A stretch of 11,196 bases of DNA from positions 1 through 11,196 of the forward strand of contig JBBCAV010000344.1 of assembly GCA_051382305.1 (NCBI GenBank). Direction: 5' to 3'. Origin of the DNA: Bdellovibrionota bacterium FG-2 (lineage in GTDB: Bacteria; Bdellovibrionota; UBA1018). Below are positions 7,139-11,196 of this stretch, in pieces. A program made the position numbers and the translations under genes. The notes under the pieces are model-generated. The model saw only the letters and a list, made by a program, of their open reading frames with translations, did not search any database and was not told the DNA's origin. Position 1 is the first letter of the stretch; every line of letters begins with the position of its first letter.

Positions 7139-8321
7139 GCTCTGAAACTACTTTGCCGGGGCCTTGCGGCTTTAACCCAAACAAAGCCTCAACAGTGGGG
7201 CGAATATCCAGATGTGTCACGGGCCTTCCGGGCCCGGCCTTTGAAAGTGCTGGCTTTGACCGCGTAAGGGCGTTCCGTCCGTATATCCAAACGCGATCGG
7301 AACCCGCAAATCCTGAACCATGACTGGGCCACTCGTTATCAGACGCTGTTTTGGATCCGCGTCCGTGATCCGTCGTCAAGATAATCGTCGTGGACTCTCC
7401 ATAATCTTTCATCGAATCGACGGTTTCTACGAGGGTCTTCATCGCCTGATCATAAAAGCGCAGACTCTTGATATACTCAGGATATTTTTTTAGATGACCC
7501 CACTCATCGGCATCATCAAAAGAGATAAATAGAAACCGCGGTTCGTGTCTTTTAAGATAGCGCAAGGCGTGTTTAAACGTATAGCGATCGAACCTGGCAT
7601 CGGACCAGCTCGGGACCTCCTTGGCTTGGTCACGATTAATGGCAGCGAGTTCTTCGTCATCACCTCCATCAAATAGATCCTTGATCCCCGCATTCACAAA
7701 AGCCTTACCTTCCACACTTTCAACGGCAAGGGCTATTTTAGACCAAGAAGCAATCGTCACGACTTCATCATGAGAAAAATCCGCACCCGCCGCATCTACA
7801 AGTCGCTCTTGCAGCGTGCTTGCGGCGACGCGACCACACGAGTTACTGATGCAGGCTTGAGTCGCGCCCGCAAAAATACTTTGATAAGCGGGAAGACTTT
7901 TCCATGACGGATTAGCCACACGAACGTCATCACCTCGATCGACATTCCCCCACAAGAATCCCTCAGTCAGAGCTTTGCCTTTGAGCCATTCAAAAAAAGG
8001 AGCGACACTGCTAGCCGCGCTCTCCTCCGCACTCAGCGTGGCACCCAGGTCTGGGTCCAAGCCCCGAAAAACTTCCTGCCAACGAACGCCATCAACGGTG
8101 ACTAAAATTACGTTTGCGATTGAGGGATCAAGCCAGCCAGCGGCCGGCACGGTGGCTGGGTTACGCGCCACCGACTCATTACGCGCTCGAAGCTCCTTTA
8201 TTTTTGATTTGTTTCTAGAACCGCTAAAGGCATGAGCAGAAAAACTGCTCAGAAAAATAGCGCATCCGATAAGTAAAAAAATACCTCGCGAGCCCGACAA
8301 GCTTCCCTGTTTGTTCGGCAT
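7119..8321 (-). CDS. Secreted alkaline phosphatase superfamily metalloenzyme
   Basis: 400 aa with a signal peptide (AHA|F) and a GGGGG SD-like element upstream. Motifs VTVDGVRWQE, SLPAYQSIFAG (Ser nucleophile position), DDADEWGH, TDHGRG, WPSHG. Its 3' end overlaps the EEP gene by 20 nt. Confidence 0.85.
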   Translation of the reverse strand: MPNKQGSLSGSRGIFLLIGCAIFLSSFSAHAFSGSRNKSKIKELRARNESVARNPATVPAAGWLDPSIANVILVTVDGVRWQEVFRGLDPDLGATLSAEESAASSVAPFFEWLKGKALTEGFLWGNVDRGDDVRVANPSWKSLPAYQSIFAGATQACISNSCGRVAASTLQERLVDAAGADFSHDEVVTIASWSKIALAVESVEGKAFVNAGIKDLFDGGDDEELAAINRDQAKEVPSWSDARFDRYTFKHALRYLKRHEPRFLFISFDDADEWGHLKKYPEYIKSLRFYDQAMKTLVETVDSMKDYGESTTIILTTDHGRGSKTASDNEWPSHGSGFAGSDRVWIYGRNALTRSKPALSKAGPGRPVTHLDIRPTVEALFGLKPQGPGKVVSELIANKP

Positions 8322-8342
8322 CTTTCCCCCAACTCTATTTAA

Positions 8343-8401
8343 ACGGCAACATCCTGTATGCCGTAGTTAATAGGTTATCCTAAGGAGAGAGCGCGTGTCA
8401 C
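8343..8401 (-). promoter_or_regulatory. Candidate sigma70-type promoter and 5' UTR hairpin for the 8321 gene
   Basis: Minus strand reads GTGACA (8401-8396), N18, TAACCT (8377-8372), followed by the stem ACGGCA-N10-TGCCGT (8364-8343) and then TTAAA. The hairpin could instead be a weak terminator for the upstream genes. Confidence 0.35.
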
Positions 8402-8427
8402 CTCATTGATAAAGTTGGCTGAAGCCG

Positions 8428-9000
8428 TCAAAATTCTTTCAGCAGAGGAAGCTCTAAAGCAATAGACTTACCCAGATCAGGGAGGGCCTCTCCCATTTGG
8501 GCAAACGGAACTCCGGCAAGGGCAAGTACCATCTTCTGAATTCGGCACTCCCGCGAGAAAGAGTCCTCATAGCTTTCGTCCCGAAAAGAGGAAGTACTCA
8601 GTGTCTCATCGCAAACGAGGTCGTAAATTTGCTTGCGGAACCACCCCGCGTTACGACCTACGGCCACGCGGGCCATTCGACGAAGCTTTTTAGCTAGAAA
8701 GAGCGACTGCCTTTGCTCCGGACCCGTCAAATCAATCAACAGATCCACATGCGCAGGACACTCAGCGCCGGTGCTCCCTCCCTGGGTATTTGCAAAAAAA
8801 ACCGCGGCATCGTTATAGGCAAGATGAATCTTCTGCCTCATGGCCTCGATATCAAAAACAAGACCACGTGCTGACAAAACAACAAGCACGGTCCGAACAC
8901 CCGGAAACCTTTGGGAGAGTATTTTTTCGTATTCCGCAATCTGCGCAAGAACTGAAGTTGATTCCTTATCCAATCCCTGTCCGTTAAGAGGATCTGTCAT
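8428..9000 (-). CDS. Hypothetical protein, possibly resembling the N-terminal Rossmann domain of GT9 heptosyltransferases
   Basis: 190-aa ORF that fills the gap between neighbours. The segment VDLLIDLTG...SLFLAKKLRRMARVAVG...IYD resembles the GT9 pattern YDLVIDLQG..KSALL....A..RIG....Y. The function call is weak. Confidence 0.6.
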   Translation of the reverse strand: MTDPLNGQGLDKESTSVLAQIAEYEKILSQRFPGVRTVLVVLSARGLVFDIEAMRQKIHLAYNDAAVFFANTQGGSTGAECPAHVDLLIDLTGPEQRQSLFLAKKLRRMARVAVGRNAGWFRKQIYDLVCDETLSTSSFRDESYEDSFSRECRIQKMVLALAGVPFAQMGEALPDLGKSIALELPLLKEF

Positions 9001-9017
9001 TCCTAAGAACTAACACG

Positions 9018-9434
9018 TCAGCGATTTGATTGGTAGCCCTCGTGTTCGCCACGATTGAGAGCCGACGCCCCGGCCTGAAGCCCCGCGAGATAACAATTCG
9101 ACACTTCGGCACCAACCAGGTCTTGGAAAGCATCATGAAAGCCCTCGTCAAAATACTTGGAGCACTCCTGCCCTTCATCACGCGCCAGCGCAGCGCCTTC
9201 ATGCACCCCAAGACGATAGCAAAGTTCATCACGCGTCGGTCTAAGACTCTTACCCCTGAATCCCGCTTCAATGCCTTGCCCATAACTGTCATAGGCAGCA
9301 CCGATTCCACAGCGTGAAAAAAAGGGATTTCTTGATTCACTTGCCGCGTGAACATCTGCAGAAGCAAAACTTAGAACCGAAAAACCCAACACAAAAACAA
9401 ATCGAAACCGTTTCACCATGCATTGCGTTAACAT
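9018..9434 (-). CDS. Small secreted Cys/Gly-repeat hypothetical protein
   Basis: Signal peptide (KRFRFVFVLGFSVLSFASADVHA), with an alternative start at ATG 9419. The mature part has four Cys and repeated aromatic-xx-G-xxx-G helices: YGQGIEAG, CYRLGVHEG, FDEGFHDA, CYLAGLQAG. Confidence 0.7.
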   Translation of the reverse strand: MLTQCMVKRFRFVFVLGFSVLSFASADVHAASESRNPFFSRCGIGAAYDSYGQGIEAGFRGKSLRPTRDELCYRLGVHEGAALARDEGQECSKYFDEGFHDAFQDLVGAEVSNCYLAGLQAGASALNRGEHEGYQSNR

Positions 9435-9529
9435 AGGTTTATCGAAAAATCCAGTCCTCAGATTTCACGTCTTGGAGCCTGCGGTGCGACTAGGCTATCA
9501 TCCAACAAAAGGCTCTAAAGGAGAACATC

Positions 9530-10213
9530 ATGAACTCGGGCAACCCCACAAAACACAATAAAATCGCAGTCATCCTTTGCGGAAGCGGCTTCAAAGACGG
9601 GAGCGAAATCCATGAATCCGTCGCCGTCCTTTGGGCTTTAAGCCAACACCCCCTCGAAATTCAATGTTTTGCTCCCGACGCAAATCAGGCCGATGTCATC
9701 AATTGTCTGACGTCGCAGCCGATGATCGGCGAAACGCGCAACATGCTCGTCGAATCTGCCCGCATCGCTCGCGGCGAAGTACTAGCACTTTCGAAACTCG
9801 ATCCCACAGAATTCTCCTCCGTCATTTTACCCGGAGGATTTGGTGCGGCAAAAAATCTATGCAGCTTTGCCTGCAAGGGAACAGACGCAAGTGTTCGACC
9901 AGAGCTTCAAAAAATCTTGACGAAATTTCATTCTACTCAAAAACCAATTGGCGCAATCTGTATCGCGCCTATGATTCTTGCACTCGCGTTTCGCGACCAC
10001 AAATTTGAACTCACCGTGGGACCCAAGAGCACTGCGGGCGATGCCATTGAACAGCTTGGCCACCGTCATATTGCATGCCATGCCCACGAAATGCATGTCG
10101 ATGCAACTCACAAAATCGTGACCACGCCCGCCTACATGATTGACGATGCGCCCCTGCACGAGATTTTCACGGGAATTCAAAAACTGGTGGCAGAAATCGT
10201 GAAGATGATTTAG
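9530..10213 (+). CDS. elbB: ElbB/ES1-family glyoxalase (DJ-1/PfpI superfamily)
   Basis: Motifs KIAVILCGSGFKDGSEIHE, RNMLVESARIARG, PGGFGAAKNL, GAICIAP and VTTPAYM. SD AAGGAG upstream. Confidence 0.95.
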   Translation: MNSGNPTKHNKIAVILCGSGFKDGSEIHESVAVLWALSQHPLEIQCFAPDANQADVINCLTSQPMIGETRNMLVESARIARGEVLALSKLDPTEFSSVILPGGFGAAKNLCSFACKGTDASVRPELQKILTKFHSTQKPIGAICIAPMILALAFRDHKFELTVGPKSTAGDAIEQLGHRHIACHAHEMHVDATHKIVTTPAYMIDDAPLHEIFTGIQKLVAEIVKMI

Positions 10214-10223
10214 CTCAGAAAAC

Positions 10224-10646
10224 CTAGTAATCCCCGCGCGAAACCTTACGCAAATTCTTCTTCTGCGAATGGAGACTCTTGGCCTCTTTGGCTTTACGTT
10301 TACTTGAAAAAGAAGGGCGTGATTTTTTTCGGGCTTTAGGAATAAAAGCCGCGGCAACCAAGAGGGCCTTGAGTTTTTCCAAGCAATCCTCTCGATTCAT
10401 TCCCTGATCTCGAAAACGATCACTAGAAACGAGAAGCTCCCCGCTGCGGGTCAATTGATTCGCAAGCTTTCCCATGAAACGAGCCCGGATATCGAGTGAA
10501 AGGCTGGGGCTCGAAAGCAGATTCCAGCGCAAAACAGCTTTGCTATTTACCTTGTTAACATTCTGTCCGCCCGGACCGGAGCTTCGCACAAAAGAGAACT
10601 CAAATTCGGTCAAAGGAATTTGAATAAAAGGGGTAATCACAAGCAT
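10224..10646 (-). CDS. arfB: Alternative ribosome-rescue peptidyl-tRNA hydrolase ArfB (YaeJ)
   Basis: RSSGPGGQNVNKVNSK (GGQ motif), RDQGMNREDC, and a basic C-terminal tail. Confidence 0.96.
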   Translation of the reverse strand: MLVITPFIQIPLTEFEFSFVRSSGPGGQNVNKVNSKAVLRWNLLSSPSLSLDIRARFMGKLANQLTRSGELLVSSDRFRDQGMNREDCLEKLKALLVAAAFIPKARKKSRPSFSSKRKAKEAKSLHSQKKNLRKVSRGDY

Positions 10647-10681
10647 AGAACTCTTCTAGCAACTGCGATAGGACTAAGGCA

Positions 10682-11044
10682 ATGACGAAAGACACGCGCT
10701 TAGTTTACTCTACTGACCCCGCTCTGAATATAAAATGCGCAAAATGCAAAGAACTGTGCTCAGAATGCACCTGCGTCGCGCAAGACAACCCCAGCACCTA
10801 CAAATTTGTGGCCAATATTCGAATGGAAAAATCGGGTCGCAACGGCAAAACAGTTTCGGTCATTGCAGAGCTTCCCAAGAATGAACTATTTTTGAAAAAC
10901 CTCACGACGTTACTTAAGAAAAAATGTGGTTCAGGCGGCACCTTCCTCATGGAGGGCAAAGAAGGCGTCATCGAAATCCAGGGCGATAAGCGGGACCTGA
11001 TTCGGCAACTACTGGCGAAAGAGGGAATTAAGACGAAAGGGTAG
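10682..11044 (+). CDS. yciH: SUI1/YciH (eIF1-like) translation factor with N-terminal Cys cluster
   Basis: Motifs LVYSTD, EKSGRNGKTVSVI, LKKKCGSGGT and IEIQGD. N-terminal CAKCKELCSECTC. Confidence 0.92.
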   Translation: MTKDTRLVYSTDPALNIKCAKCKELCSECTCVAQDNPSTYKFVANIRMEKSGRNGKTVSVIAELPKNELFLKNLTTLLKKKCGSGGTFLMEGKEGVIEIQGDKRDLIRQLLAKEGIKTKG

Positions 11045-11051
11045 CGTCAAG

Positions 11052-11195
11052 TCAAGGCTCCGGCAAGAACAGCCGCAGCCGTTGCAACTGGACTTGCCAG
11101 TTCCATCCGATCCACTGATCACGGGGCTTAATCTTGAGTGCCGAGACCGACCAGAGAAGCAGCGCGACCCATTGATCGCCAACCGTTGCGACATA
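11052..11195 (-). pseudogene. Truncated DUF4338 (DruA-like) domain fragment; 5' part lies outside the window
   Basis: Manual translation YVATVGDQWVALLLWSVSALKIKPRDQWIGWNWQVQLQRLRLFLPEP* matches the DUF4338 pattern YVA...G.WVALL.W...A.K...RD.WIGW......RL.L. It stops where the conserved NN.RFLI motif should follow. Confidence 0.75.
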
Positions 11196-11196
11196 C
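11053..11196 (-). mobile_element. Possible end of an internally deleted ISAs1-family element
   Basis: CAAGGCTCCGGCAAG (11053-11067) resembles ISAs1-type CAGGG(C)... termini and directly abuts the DUF4338 fragment. DUF4338 occurs fused to transposases. The other end is not visible in this window. Confidence 0.4.

Noticed and set aside
8343-8364. Sigma54 -24/-12 promoter on the minus strand (CGGCATA...ATGT)
   Set aside because: The -12 position reads GT rather than GC, so the sequence is better explained as a hairpin.
8984-9367. Alternative 127-aa minus-strand ORF and 95-aa plus-strand ORF
   Set aside because: Both overlap the 9018-9434 frame, which has a signal peptide and a coherent repeat structure.
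1581-10646. Co-occurrence of genes with mitochondrial homologs (Rsm22/METTL17, ElbB/ES1, ArfB/ICT1)
   Set aside because: They are in different transcription units and each family occurs widely in bacteria, so nothing suggests more than coincidence.
10733-10775. Cys cluster at the YciH N-terminus as a novelty
   Set aside because: Similar CxxC...CxC extensions are common in proteobacterial SUI1/YciH proteins.
11009-11194. 61-aa Cys-rich minus-strand ORF
   Set aside because: Wrong frame. The neighbouring frame carries the recognisable DUF4338 sequence.
11052-11195. Druantia anti-phage system
   Set aside because: Only a truncated DUF4338 fragment is visible and there are no other dru genes in the window. 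A transposon origin is at least as likely.
1-11196. CRISPR arrays, tRNA or rRNA genes
   Set aside because: I saw no regularly spaced direct repeats, cloverleaf or rRNA-like sequence. Nearly all of the window is protein coding.

Overview
An 11.2 kb gene-dense, roughly 50% GC bacterial chromosomal segment. The gene content suggests a Gram-negative deltaproteobacterium-like organism, possibly Bdellovibrionota (inference only). The ORF track misses two edge-truncated minus-strand frames that I translated by hand. The first is a >513-aa biotin-carboxylase-fold protein (1540 to <1) whose catalytic residues are largely replaced. The second is a DUF4338 fragment (>11195 to 11052) that stops abruptly at what looks like an ISAs1-type terminal repeat. 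Between them, in order: an Rsm22/METTL17-family methyltransferase with four candidate Fe-S cysteines; a CheY coupled to a His-less HPt-like protein carrying a FliM/CheZ-like tail; a 341-bp intergenic region with a long imperfect inverted repeat; an operon of outer-membrane beta-barrel + alkaline-phosphatase-superfamily lipoprotein + secreted EEP hydrolase, which converges on a second secreted alkaline-phosphatase-superfamily enzyme; two hypothetical genes; elbB; arfB; and a SUI1/YciH gene. The best novelty candidates are the CheY/pseudo-HPt pair, the pseudo-biotin carboxylase and the envelope phosphoester-hydrolase cluster. All family assignments come from motif recognition by eye, not from database searches.
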